This document shows positions 15,201 through 26,674 of a stretch of 64,000 bases of DNA, piece after piece (within the stretch, counting starts at the first letter, position 1; every line of letters starts with the position of its first letter). Made by a program: the position numbers and the translations under genes. Source of the DNA: Gordius albopunctatus. Taxonomy: Eukaryota. The stretch covers positions 8,866,001 through 8,930,000 of the forward strand of contig OZ193910.1 of the NCBI GenBank assembly GCA_964276515.1, given 5' to 3'. The notes under the pieces were generated by a model. That model did no database searches, was not told the origin of the DNA, and saw only the letters and a program-made list of their open reading frames with translations.

Positions 15201-18200
15201 GGGATATTTATCTAAGGATGACGAAGGAGGATGCTTTAGTATAAGCTGGTTGTAAGTTTCCTGTGTGCTTGAGGCGATTGTATCGTTACCATAAAACACT
15301 CTCAGAGCTCCCTTTGGATTAAAATGATTAATTTTGCTGGATACAAGCTTAGCAGTATGTTTCAAAGATGATGCAAAAGTAGGTTTTGTCTGGGAAGGGC
15401 ATAAGAGTGTACAGGTGTCAAAAGTAGCAATGGAGTCTTTTATTTGTTTAGATAGGTTTAAGTCTTCGGGCGGCCTGATAAAGAGAATGTGGTATGAGAA
15501 TTTAAGGATTTTGTCCCAATTAGCAAGGTTCTTCGGATCATTAGTTATGGACGTTATCAGATTTATAATAAATTGTTGGACGGCCAGTCTTGCCCCTCTA
15601 GGAATTCTAGATAACATCTTAGGAAAGGAGAGAGTAAGGAAGGAATTACTCCATTAAAAATCTGGAGGTGAAATATTTGGTGGCAAGCTGTAATCATTAA
15701 AATTAAGGGCATGACTGTCTTCAACTTCTGCTTGATTATCCTCTTATTTGCTATTAAAGGGGATGTTTGTTCTCCAATATCACTTATAATAGTTATAGGG
15801 GGAATTGCACTTACTGGTGGTGCTTTTTGGCCAGAATATTTACATCTTGCTGACGTTGGGCCATGTACAAAAAGAGGAAATTTTTATTTATTCCAATGAT
15901 TCTCTTACAAGAGGGGCAAAGTGCTTTAAGGTTAACCATGAGAATATTTTAAAGCATATTATTCTGTAAACTTTAAAGCTAAATTACTGAAAAAATAAAT
16001 TCCACTTGGACAATGGCTACATTGTGCAGAATATTTTAAGTATGCATCATTTAGTTTATGTTATGATAATCATTTCATCAAAAAAAAATTTATACTTGCA
16101 ATTGTTATATAGGCATGGATAATAGAATATTTATTAATCTTTTAAAGCTGGTTATATATGTTCAAGATTAATCAGGCTCCTTAAACTGTGATATCTCTTA
16201 AATTTGAATTAGTGGATGGATATAAAAGAATAAATATTGGGATATAGATGATTGTTATATGAAGTTGTGCAATGAATTGTCTTTGATGTATGCTTGATTG
16301 ATTGTAAAGATAGTTGGTGGAAACAAGGTTTAACGATAATATAAGCGAAGTTATGTGCGACCCATCTATTTTCTTCAACATGGACATAATTGTGTGATAC
16401 ATTGTTAGATTAAAATACAGCATATTATACCTTGACTAGGGAGCGAGTTGATCAAGATTTAATGCTTAAAGAAAAACATACTAAATAGCATTTACTCAGA
16501 ATAATCAACGTTGGATGACTGTCTCATATCATTAGATGTTGGCTACTGTTGAATTTGGGAGGCAAAAGGAAAGTGTCAATTTATCTAGCAGCAAGCTCTC
16601 GTCACTTGGTTTGCGTTAAATGAAAAATTGGGGTAGAGTATCGTGAACCCAATGAGGCTCAAATTAGGCAAGGGAGTCAAAATGGCTCTTCGTAAATATA
16701 GCATCCATAAATTATCCGAAATGTTTAAGGTAAATCATTCTCGTATCATTCTCATCTCTGAGGCTTGTAATAGCTTTTCCTCCGTGGTGTTTAATGCCCA
16801 TGTTTCACTTCCATAGAGTAACATCGATCTTACGATGTATTTGTAAGCATTGCTCTTCAACCATATTGGCATTTTCTTGTCGCAAATTACACCAAATACA
16901 CTTCGCCATTTAAGCCACCCTTTTTGAATCCGTGCATTGACTTGTGTTGCGCAACCTCCCTCTAAATGTAACATCGAGCCGAGGTATGTAAAACTGTCTA
17001 ATTTTGGGTATTTTAGATGCTGATCTATCGATGAGCTGCTTGTAACGTTTATCTCCATGTATACCGTTTTTTCGATCGTTGATCTTTAAACCATATCCAG
17101 CCAAGCACTTTGACCATCGGCTTCTTCGAATGTTTTCTCCTTTGTCTCTTTACTTCGCACTATACATCTCCATATAGCAATAGCATACATCATGATGGTG
17201 ATGGCTTTTTAATGTCTCGTTATCGTGTCCATAATTAAATCTTAGAGCAGATGTCATCCAATTTTAACCAAAAAAGGTTTAGTCTCTAACTGTCGTCCTA
17301 ACGCGCAAATTTGAGGCTTCATAAATATTTTTCACAAGCCGTATATATGCGTCACGCCATGTCATAAGCTTTCTCCAAGTCATAAAGACCATATGTAGGT
17401 CTATTCTCTTTTCACCATATTTATCCATAATTTATCTTGGTGCCAAGATTGGGTCGATCGTGGATTTGCCAGCCACAAATCCGAATTGGTTAACCGATAT
17501 TTTCACCTCGTTTTTCAGTCGTGTTATTAATATCCTTTCCATAAGCTTTAAGGAGCGGCAAGTTAGCTTGATACCTCTATAATTGCCCCAGTCCTGAGGG
17601 TCTCCTTTGCTTTTAATAAGGGTATAATCGTGCTTGCTCTCCATTGATTAGGAATCGGCTCTTCTACCAATATCTTATTAAAGAGGCTCGTCACTAGTAA
17701 TAATTCCAAATTTGCCCGGATAAACAATTAGCCGGCGAAGATTTTTTCCAGTATAAAAATCATACCCAAATTATACATTGTTTTCCTTATTGCAGTACAT
17801 TCCTCGCCTAATGCAGTCGCAAATAATATTTCTATCATTTAATGGATTGACCTCAGATAAAACATTGGCCCATACCTTTAAAAACAACTAGTCTGCTATA
17901 AAGGAATTTCCTCATATTAAGTATATTCAATTATAAGCTCACAACAAGTTATGGAAAAATGAATGAAACATTTATATAATATTGCGCTCCGTGATTAATT
18001 CCTATCTAATTACGATGCTTGACAACATTAGTCCCCTTTCAAAATTGCTTAAGGCACGAATGACCTAACACGTATCCCAGCAAAAAGTTGGAAACGCTGT
18101 TGGAGGATTTATGGTAGGACACAAAGAATTCCAGCGTTAACATTGTTCAAAATCGGCAAAGGCTTATGGAAGGGACCCTTAAACTGCCTAGGTTACCGTA

Positions 18201-20808
18201 CAAAGCTGTATTAAGTGCCAAAATCACAACCAGTATAAAGCCTTACTACCCGTAAACAAGGAAGAAGGATGCATTTCTCTGTCAATATATTTGCTTTTTC
18301 GCCATACCTTATGCCCGTAAATCAATAAAAAACCAAAGAGTACGGTTTTATAATTTTTATGCCGTTTGTTGCTAAATGTTCAAAGATGTTCAAAAACGTT
18401 GGCTTCAAATTCACTTCATTAAAAATAAGATTTTTAAATGTTGAGTATAATTTTATATTTTCAACCGATTTTTACCAATTATAAAACTTAAAGTTATTTG
18501 TAAAGTACACAATTAGCATGTTTGATTTCAAATTTACTAACTAAATAAATAGATTAAGAAGTTGGGTTAAACTTTAATTGAAACATTTATTAGTTGGTTC
18601 GATTAAAGTATAATTAAAGTATGATCAGGTCAATTTTTGAAAGATTATATAAGGTTTGGGGGAAATCATTTTATTATTATGGAAGGTGTATATGATGCAT
18701 TCGCACGACTCCTATATGCATGCCAGGATTTAAGCCTAGCGGGCAAGGCTCCACAAAATATAAGCGTAAAGTAGGCAAATATAATATTATACCTTACATT
18801 AAATTTCGCTTATAACTAAAAAGTTATGCTTTATGCAGTGACTCGTATTTTAACATTAATCTGAGGCATACTGAATTATACAAAAAAACATTATGAGGAT
18901 CGACGGGTAAAATTGACATCTTAAGACTGCTAATATACTATCTACGTATTTTATATTAATATTAAGTTAATGCCTGTTTTCTAAAATATACCAAGCAAAC
19001 TCTTATAATAAAAATAATTTTTATACCAAAATTAATACTTAAATAAGGTAATTAACAAAAATTTTGCCTCCATTATTACAGCTAATTGCAAATCAACATA
19101 TATAGATCGAATGTAAAAAAATTAAAGTATTTTGGCCCATTAACACCAAATTCCAAAAATTCTCAGAATTGTATAAAAAAAAATTCAATAATATAATAGG
19201 ACATTTAATCACTTAACTAATTTTAAGAATAATTATACAAATATTCAGACTCTCAGGTGTGTTTAAATAAAAAGAAATTAAATATTTTATTTCACCAATA
19301 AGCTTTCTAAACTTCCAAAAAAGAAAAGAAGATGCTAATACAAGCCAAATTGTTAGTAATTAGGTTAATTAATAATTTAATTTTTCTAAGTGTTCAACAT
19401 ACTTACTTAAACTTACTTTTAAATCCTTATTTTAGAAATTATAGGTATTAATACTATGAGAGAAGAGCATATTAATAAAATATAGAATTAGATCTTGTAT
19501 GGCAAATAAAAACATAAATTAATAAATTTTTAATAAGTTTTACATAAATTAATTTAGGTAGAAAAATTAATTTTTAATAGCTAAGTTGTCTTCTGTTCAA
19601 ATATTTCAATGATTTTGCCTTGAAAAAATCTTTAATATATACTTTAGCACATTTTAAATATAAATAACATATGTATGCTTCTAACAAAATAAACATCTAT
19701 GGAATATTTATAAAGTTGATATAAGGATAATAATTTTTACAAAAAAATTTATATTATATATATTTCAGGTATAATTAAATTTTGTATATAATTTAGGTAT
19801 ATATTTAGAATTTTTTAGTATATAAAATTAAAAAATGTTATTGAATAAATGCTAACTTGTTACAGATTTTTGATTTTTAATTTTTGGGGGAATATTCATA
19901 GCTATCAAAGGAGTGACTTCTTCCCGTTCTGCCTCAGTTGTGGCAAATTGTGATAAATCCTAGCAAAAATTTCAATTTTATAAAAATATAAACTTACCAA
20001 TGTGCCATTTTGAAGCTTAGTTTTTTTGGATTCAAAATATATGTTAGCATCAATTACTTGAATTTTCTTTGAGATAATATCTGTAACAATAAATAAAAAC
20101 ACTAGTGACAAATAAAAATTAATCTCTACATTCCTATTGCAATCATAGGTCTAAGGTACATAATTTAAACATCTAGATTGTAATTATTATGCTTATGAAT
20201 ATATTATGCAACTTCAAAACCATGCCAGCTATATTATGTAAATTTTTTCTAAATACTAAATGTGTAACATTTTGTTAATATTTAAAATTCTTTAAACAAT
20301 TCAGAAATAAAAAACCCTGGCAAAATTATAATACCTTGAGATTTTGGATTCACTTCTTTAGATATTGAACATGCATCAAGATCTCCATCTCAAAAATTTA
20401 TTTTATAAATAAATTAATATACCAGAATCAGATGAAAGTTTATATAACTTCCTTTTCTTTTCTTTTTTCTGTTGCAATCTTGAGGAACCTTCTTCTAAAA
20501 TTTTATTTATATAAACAATGAAGGAATCATAATTTATAGACCAAAACACATGAATAAAATTATAGATTCTTAATAGCCTGGTCATCACACCGAATTAAAA
20601 TTAAGTTTTGAAACAGAAATGAAAATTGTGAATTACCATTTACGTTTGCATCTAATTTAGCGTTCACCTTAATATATATGTTACCATACAATTAAAAAAA
20701 TTATACTTTATTAGGCAATTTGTTTTTTTGGTTTTTGTTATTGCCATTAAAATAATTTCTTATATCCTATAATATAGTTGACATAAAAAATTGTAAAATA
20801 ACTACCAT
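240..20808 (-). CDS. RFC1: Replication factor C subunit 1 (about 25 coding exons)
   Basis: Spliced by hand at GT-AG sites with consistent phase. ATG alone at 20808-20806; DIRNYF exon 20766-20707; further small exons to 19857; exon 7211-6967; [13 protein letters not shown] exon 5445-5317; BRCT exon 4718-4539 ([22 protein letters not shown]); WVDKYKP exon 3781-3595; Walker [10 protein letters not shown] in 2859-2759; ELNAS in 2237-2123; Walker [15 protein letters not shown] in 2012-1884; RFC1 C-terminal domain ([24 protein letters not shown]); acidic tail; TGA at 242-240. A few 3' exon edges were not fixed to the base. Confidence 0.95.
5744..5887. mobile_element. hAT-type MITE (CATGGGCGTAGCCA TIR family)
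   Basis: Ends catgggcgtagcca / tggctacgctcatg with perfect 8-bp TSD agtagtgc (5736-5743, 5888-5895). Related copies near 50401-50551 and 58570-58736. Confidence 0.9.
6541..6689. mobile_element. hAT-type MITE (TAGTGATG TIR family)
   Basis: 21-bp TIR tagtgatgatcaaaacctagg, internal inverted repeats, perfect 8-bp TSD attcgact (6533-6540, 6690-6697). Confidence 0.93.
9441..11229 (+). mobile_element. pogo/Tigger-like DNA transposon, internally deleted
   Basis: TIR gggagaccggggcta / tagccccggtctc, TA duplication; removing it restores the hAT frame (IEV-LSSKY). Transposase MVRNYNRKT.., [24 protein letters not shown] with short GT-AG introns near 10127-10164 and 10433-10472; C-terminal PHD-like fragment [21 protein letters not shown] near 10510-10595. 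Confidence 0.9.
11387..12140. mobile_element. One-ended TAGTGATG-family hAT element replacing the middle of the hAT transposase
   Basis: Starts tagtgatgggaaaacc with AACCT/AGGTT subterminal motifs as in the 6541 MITE. No matching right TIR or TSD seen; right boundary approximate. Confidence 0.6.
16735..17690 (-). mobile_element. Degenerate RTE-clade retrotransposon fragment (RT region)
   Basis: Frameshifted pieces [24 protein letters not shown] and [39 protein letters not shown], homologous to the RTE at 22766-26138. Confidence 0.85.
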
Positions 20809-21069
20809 ATAGGCGCTTATTATTTGAATATAATCATAATAGGCCGTATCAGTACATCGAAGATTGGGTTTGGAATAAATAATATTGAATGAATCCACAG
20901 CATAGTTAATTTGTTTTTCATCTCGTCGTATTGATAGCGTTTATAATTTATGTGAGTTTCATTTAAGTATAATACTTTTACATAAAATTGTCAAGTAAGA
21001 AATCTTGTAGTACTATATAAATAATATTTAAAATAAGGTTTTTGTAATGTCTTTAGATATCGGGGAATA

Positions 21070-22765
21070 ACCGATCCTTTCCATTAAACCAAGTCCACTT
21101 CAATTACGTTTTGGAATCAAGGGAGGCTGCGAAGCTGCTAGTTATGCCGCTAGGCTAGCCCTCGAAGCCATACCATCGGATCATTGCATGGTCAAACTAG
21201 ACTTTGCCAACGCTTTTAATTGCATTCGGAGATATGTCCTTATTGAAAATTTTCTCGAGAAATTTCCCGAGTTCCATAACTACATCTTATTATGTTATGG
21301 CTCAACATCCTTTTTAAGATTTGGGGATTTTAAAATAAATTAATCTGAAGGTATCCAACAAGACCCATTGGGTCCGCCATTATTTTGCTAGGTATCCAAA
21401 GTTTAGTGGGAAAAATATCGCAAGAATGCTACCTAACACTAAATATTTGGTACTTGGACGATGCCACACTTTGTGATCATCCTCGCGTAGTTTTTAAAGC
21501 CATCAAAATTATAAAGGCTTTCGAACTAATTTTGAAACTAAAACTAAACGAGACCAAATGTGAGATCTTTCAACCCCCTGACTACTCACTATATCCCCAC
21601 ATTACCCCTTTTTATCAATCGAGAAAGATGCTATGTGCCATCTTGGATCGCTTATAGGCGGTACAGTTGGACTCGCAACTTATTTGGAGAAAAATCTCTC
21701 TATCTTAAACTCAAAATTAGATCTCTTAAAGTGTTTGCCTTCACACCACGCTTTTTACATAATGAAAAACTATTTTAATATTTCAAAATTCAGCACTGTT
21801 TTCGCTCTTCAAGTACCTTTTTACACTCGGAAATTTCAAACCTCTTCGAACAGAATATTAACTCTATTTTACAATCTATTTTAAATATAAAATTCAATAT
21901 TCATAGCTGGTTACAAGCTTCCCTACCAACCAAATCGGGTGGTTTAGGGATTCGCTCACCTGTCGCAATATCTCTAGTCTCGTTTATTTCATCTTACAAA
22001 TCCGTACAAGATACCATTTTTGAGTTGTATCCGGTTAAAGAAGACCCGCTTTTACCCATTGCTTTAGCTATTTGGGAAAACAATACCAATCCCGGAACAC
22101 TTTGCCACAAACGTCACGACAAAGAGATTGTGATGCCGGACTTGTGTTGCGCTCCATTGATTATATAATTTCGAGTAGCGATGCAAGTCAGTGTTCTAAT
22201 TTAAGGTTGTTTTTGTTTGATGGCTCAGGTCACGAATGGCTAGAGGTCTACCCAAGCTGTCTCTCCGGGATGATGATGGAGGACTCGTAACTTTCGTACT
22301 TAATAGCTCTCAGACTAGGGGTGAAATTTTCGAAGACATTTATTTGCCGAAATTGCAGCATACTCGTAGACGAACAAGCCAGGCATCCCTTACATTGCCT
22401 GGTAAACAAATTCAAATATCTTAGACACATTAATTCAAAGTGCACGAAAGAGAGCAAAGATCCTATCAATCTTGGAGCCATCGGACCACTCCTTGGAGGG
22501 ACGTATGCGTCCTGATGGATCTTCTTTAGTCCCATGAAGCAATGGTCTTCACCTTAAATGGGACTTCACATGTATTGACCTATTTGCCCCTCTAACTACA
22601 ACAATGATTCCTTAGCTGTCGCAGAGGGATGGAAAACTAATAAATACAAAGCCCTATTATCCTCACACATTTTTGTTCCATTGGTTGCTTCGTGTTCAGT
22701 CACCTTTGGCAAACAGGCCTTAGCTTTTTTAAAGAGGTAGGAAGACGTTCTTCCCATTCGGTATC
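21070..22765 (+). mobile_element. CRE-like subfamily A copy 2, 5'-truncated, first segment
   Basis: High nucleotide similarity to the reverse complement of about 13141-14870; multiple frameshifts and stops; ends at cggtatc where the RTE tail begins. Confidence 0.9.
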
Positions 22766-25700
22766 TTCTTCTTCTTCTTCTTCTTCTTTCTATGACTGCT
22801 TGTCACCTAGGCTGGTGGTCAGTCCTTTCAGCATTCGTTTCCATTTGTTTCTATGATTACATAGATCTTTCTTTATCTTGTGGACTTTCATATTATGCCG
22901 TATTTTATGAATCCAGGTAAGCTTGGGTCTTCCTCTCTTTCGTTTTCCTGCAAAATTTATCATCTCGATTTTCTTTCCTACGTAGCTATCGTCCCTTCTT
23001 TCGACATGGCCATACCATCTTAGTCTATTTGTTAAGAGCTTTGTCGCAATTGATGTAGTACCCAAAATTCTTCTTATTTCTTCATTTCGCCTATGGTCCT
23101 TTTTTCTTACCCCTAGCACCCATCTTAGCATTCTCATCTCCATGGTCGCAAGACGTTGCTCGTCTCTTTTACGTATAGCCCATGATTTCGAGCTATACAG
23201 GACTGTTGGCTGTATGATGGATTTATACAGTGCGCCTTTCAGTCTTCTCGGGATGTTTTTGTCGCACAGAACACCTGTCAAGTCCCTCCACTTGAGCCAT
23301 CCGGAATTTATCCTTGCTTGGATTTCTTTATTCATTCCACCATCCGATTGAAGTGTTGATCCTAAATATTTGAAGGAATCCACACTTGTAAGTTGCCAAT
23401 CGCCTAAAGTAAGGGTTGCACTTTGCTGGTTTTCATCCGATTTAAACTTTGTCTTCATGTATTCTGTTTTCTTTCGATTTACCCTGAGACCACTATCTTC
23501 TATTGCATTTACCCATCTATTTACAGTATTAGCCAATTCTTGTTCACTTTTGGCACAGAGAATTATATCGTCTGCAAAGATCATTGCCCAAGGAGCTTCC
23601 TCGCCCAAATCCTTGGTAATATTATCCATTATCATTATGAATAGGAAGGGACTAAGAGCTGAACCTTGATGGACTCCAGTATTAATGGCGAAGCCCTTTG
23701 TAGTCCCCACCGTTGTTCTAACATACGTTCTATTTCCCTTGTACATATCATTTATTGCTCTGACGTATGCTTCTGGCACATTGCTTTCTTCAAGACATTT
23801 CCAAACTAAATTACGAACTTTATCGAAAGCTTTTTCAAGATCGATGAAACACATGTGCAAATCCTCTTCCCTTTCTTTAAACCGTTCCATTAATCTTCTA
23901 ACACTGTTTAGAGCGTCTGCTGTAGACCTCTCAGGCATAAATCCGAATTGGTTATCTCGAATTTGAACCATACTCCGAAGCCGTTTTTCGATCACTTTTT
24001 CCCACACCTTGAAAGTGTGACTCATAAGCTTTATCCCTCTGTAATTGTTGCAATCCTGAATGTCCCCTTTCATCTTGTATATCGGGATCATGTAGCTATC
24101 CCTCCACTCGTCAGGCATTTTACCCGTTTTCAAGATATTGTTGAAAAGGTTGGCGAGGAATTGTGCACCAGTATTGCCTAACGCTTTGAAGCCCTCTATT
24201 GGTATATTGTCGGGTCCAAGAGCTTTTCCTGTCTTTAGATTACCCATAGCAACTTTCACTTCCGTTTCCGTGATCCAGTCCGCTGCGTTTAATTCTCCTA
24301 TTGTATTTTCCTCGTTAGTGTCTTCGACTAAGGGCCCCTTTTCAATTGATAAATCGCTATAATACTCGTACCATCTTTGTAGTATATGGCTGTCGTGCGT
24401 TAGTATTTCTCCCTTTTGACCCTTAATTAGCCGGCATTCTAGGTAGTCTTTAGAATTTCGGGCCCTTGACTTTGCGATTTTGTAGATCAATCTTTCTCCT
24501 TCCTTTGAGTTTAGTTTTACATTTATATCGTCGTACACCTTGTTTTTAGCTTTCGCTACGAATTTTTTAGCCGATCTTTTAGCTACTTGGTAAGCTTGCT
24601 TATCATTACCATCCTTGCTTTTATACCAAACTTTGTACAATCTCTTCTTTTCCTTGATACATTTTCGCACTTCTTAATTCCACCACCATGTCTCCTTGAG
24701 AATTCTTTTAGTGGGCTTGCTTTCACCTAGTATTTGTCGTCCCGCTTTTCGCATTGTGGCAGCTATACCATTCCATTGATACTCACATGAAGTATTTCCC
24801 TTAAATTCAGCATGTTTAATTACTTGTTCCTGAAAATGTTGAATATTATCCTTTAGTTTCCTCCATTGTATAGTAGCGGCTACTCTTTGCACCTTCTGCC
24901 CTTTCAGGCCCTTTAATATAAAGTCCATCACCAACAGCTTGTGTTGGCAGGCAAATATTTCACTCGGTATTACCTTAACATTTTGAACATACTTTAAGTG
25001 CGCTCTGTTGACTAGAAATAAATCTATCTGAGTGGTACGGTTGCCCTTTTTGTACGTTATAAGATGTTCCTGTCTCTTTTTGAAGAAGGTATTTCCTATA
25101 GCTACGTCAAAAGCTTGAGCAATTTCTAGAATTTCCGTACCTCCTTCATTTCTTAGGCCGTAACCCCGACCACCGTGATTTCTTTCAAATCCTCCCCTTG
25201 ATTTTCCCACGTGACCATTGAGGTCCGCTCCGATAATTATTGTTCCTTCTTTACCGAATTGGGATAGAACATCTTCAAGCTCCTTCCAAAAAGACTCTTT
25301 TTCCGTCTCAGAGCATCCACTTTGAGGGGCGTATGCTGATATAACGTTTATCGTAGTAGATTTATAACAAAGCGGTATCGCCATAATTCTGTCATTAATT
25401 CTTTTAACGTCGACGACAGTTTGCTGAAATTCTTCCGATAGAACTATACCGATGCCATTCCGGTGAGTTTCTGTACCGTAAAAATATAATTTGTATCCGT
25501 CACCTATGTATTTTGCTTTTTCGCCCTTCCATTTGGTCTCTTGTATACAAGCGATATCGATTTTTCTCCTCCTTAGAACGTCTGCCAATTCTCTGCTCTT
25601 GCTAGTCATTGTACCAATATTCCATGACCCGAACTTTATCCTACGCAAACTAATGTCTTTAACCGCTTCCGTTTAATGAGAGAGCGGTAGCCTTTGTTTA

Positions 25701-26138
25701 TTTCCCACACATTCCAGGCGAAGAATGCGCGCGTCGCTTAAGGGGGACGCCCTATGGTTTTCATTCTGCGTCTTTGTTGTAGTATACATTTTGGTTTATA
25801 TGGTATGAGGGAGTATTGATATCCCGGCCTTCCAAGCCTGACGGAACTATGTTAGATTTTGGTGCTTGACTTCCTACTATTCTTTATGATGCAGTCATTT
25901 CGGTGAATTAAACTTTTCTTTTGACCACTCGTATTGATAGGCTTAATCTAGCACTTCCATTTCACTAAGTACTCCCTCAAAAAGCCCAGAAATTTTAGTC
26001 TGACCCTTCACCAAGAACCTTGCCAATAGGGTGACCCCACCAGTAACAAACATAAAAATTGTGTTTGGCTACCAAAGGTATAGCTTCTTGGATCACGAGA
26101 GTACACAAGCTCAACCACCACTACAAGGTATTTCTGAA
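22766..26138 (-). mobile_element. RTE-clade non-LTR retrotransposon, near full length
   Basis: AP endonuclease (GSWNIGTM, ACIQETKW, SAYAPQ, GADLNGHVG, QIDLFL; 24674-25648) in frame with RT (NYRGIKL, QFGF, FIDLEKAFD, GVHQGSALSP, FADD, FKYLG, LRWYGHV; 22790-24670), separated by a single TAA. (GAA)n 3' tail at 22766-22787; about 3.4 kb. Confidence 0.95.
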
Positions 26139-26674
26139 AGGTCTACCCAAGCTGTCTTTACGGGATGATGATGGAGGACTCGTAACTTTCGTACTTAATA
26201 GCTCTCAGACTAGGTGTGAAATTTTCGAAGACATTTATTTGCCGAAATTGCAGCATACTCGTAGACGAAAAAGCCAGGCATCCCTTACATTGCCTGGTAA
26301 ACAAATTCAAATATCTTAGACACAATAAGACCAATGCCTTAATTCAAAGTGCACTAAAGAGAGCAAAGATCCTATCAATCTTGGAGCCATCGGACCACTC
26401 CTTGGAGGGACGTATGCGTCCTGATGGATCTTCTTTAGTCCCATGAAGCAATGGTCTTTACCTTAAATGGGACTTCACATGTATTGACCTATTTGCCCCT
26501 CTAACTACAACAATGATTCCTTAGCTGTCGCAGAGGGATGGAAAACTAATAAATACAAAGCCCTATTATCCTCACACATTTTTGTTCCATTGGTTGCTTC
26601 GTGTTCAGTCACCTTTGGCAAACAGGCCTTAGCTTTTTTAAAGAGGTAGGAAGACGTTCTTCCCATTCGGTATC
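26139..26674 (+). repeat. Direct duplicate of 22244-22765 (CRE-like copy 2 endonuclease region)
   Basis: Runs aggtctacccaagctg...cccattcggtatc like 22244-22765; the left copy lacks 14 nt (ataagaccaatgcc) and differs by a few substitutions. Confidence 0.93.

Larger units (their letters stand above)
7766..15939 (-). mobile_element. CRE-clade-like non-LTR retrotransposon, subfamily A copy 1, near full length, interrupted by a hAT element at 7974-13132
   Basis: ATG 15939 with N-terminal CPSCKR..HGP..C motif, then a frameshift. RT motifs [48 protein letters not shown]. In-frame TAG at 13686-13688. Zn knuckle CRNC..H..C, then RPDG..WDFTC..AEGRK..KY restriction-like endonuclease. Reading frame resumes left of the hAT ([20 protein letters not shown]), followed by 3'UTR, AATAAA and poly(A) at 7766-7775. 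Confidence 0.88.

Noticed and set aside
23142..25676. Several 60-100 aa plus-strand ORFs over the RTE, and similar antisense ORFs over the CRE-like, Gypsy and UTP6 sequences
   Set aside because: Antisense shadows of real coding frames with no recognisable motifs.
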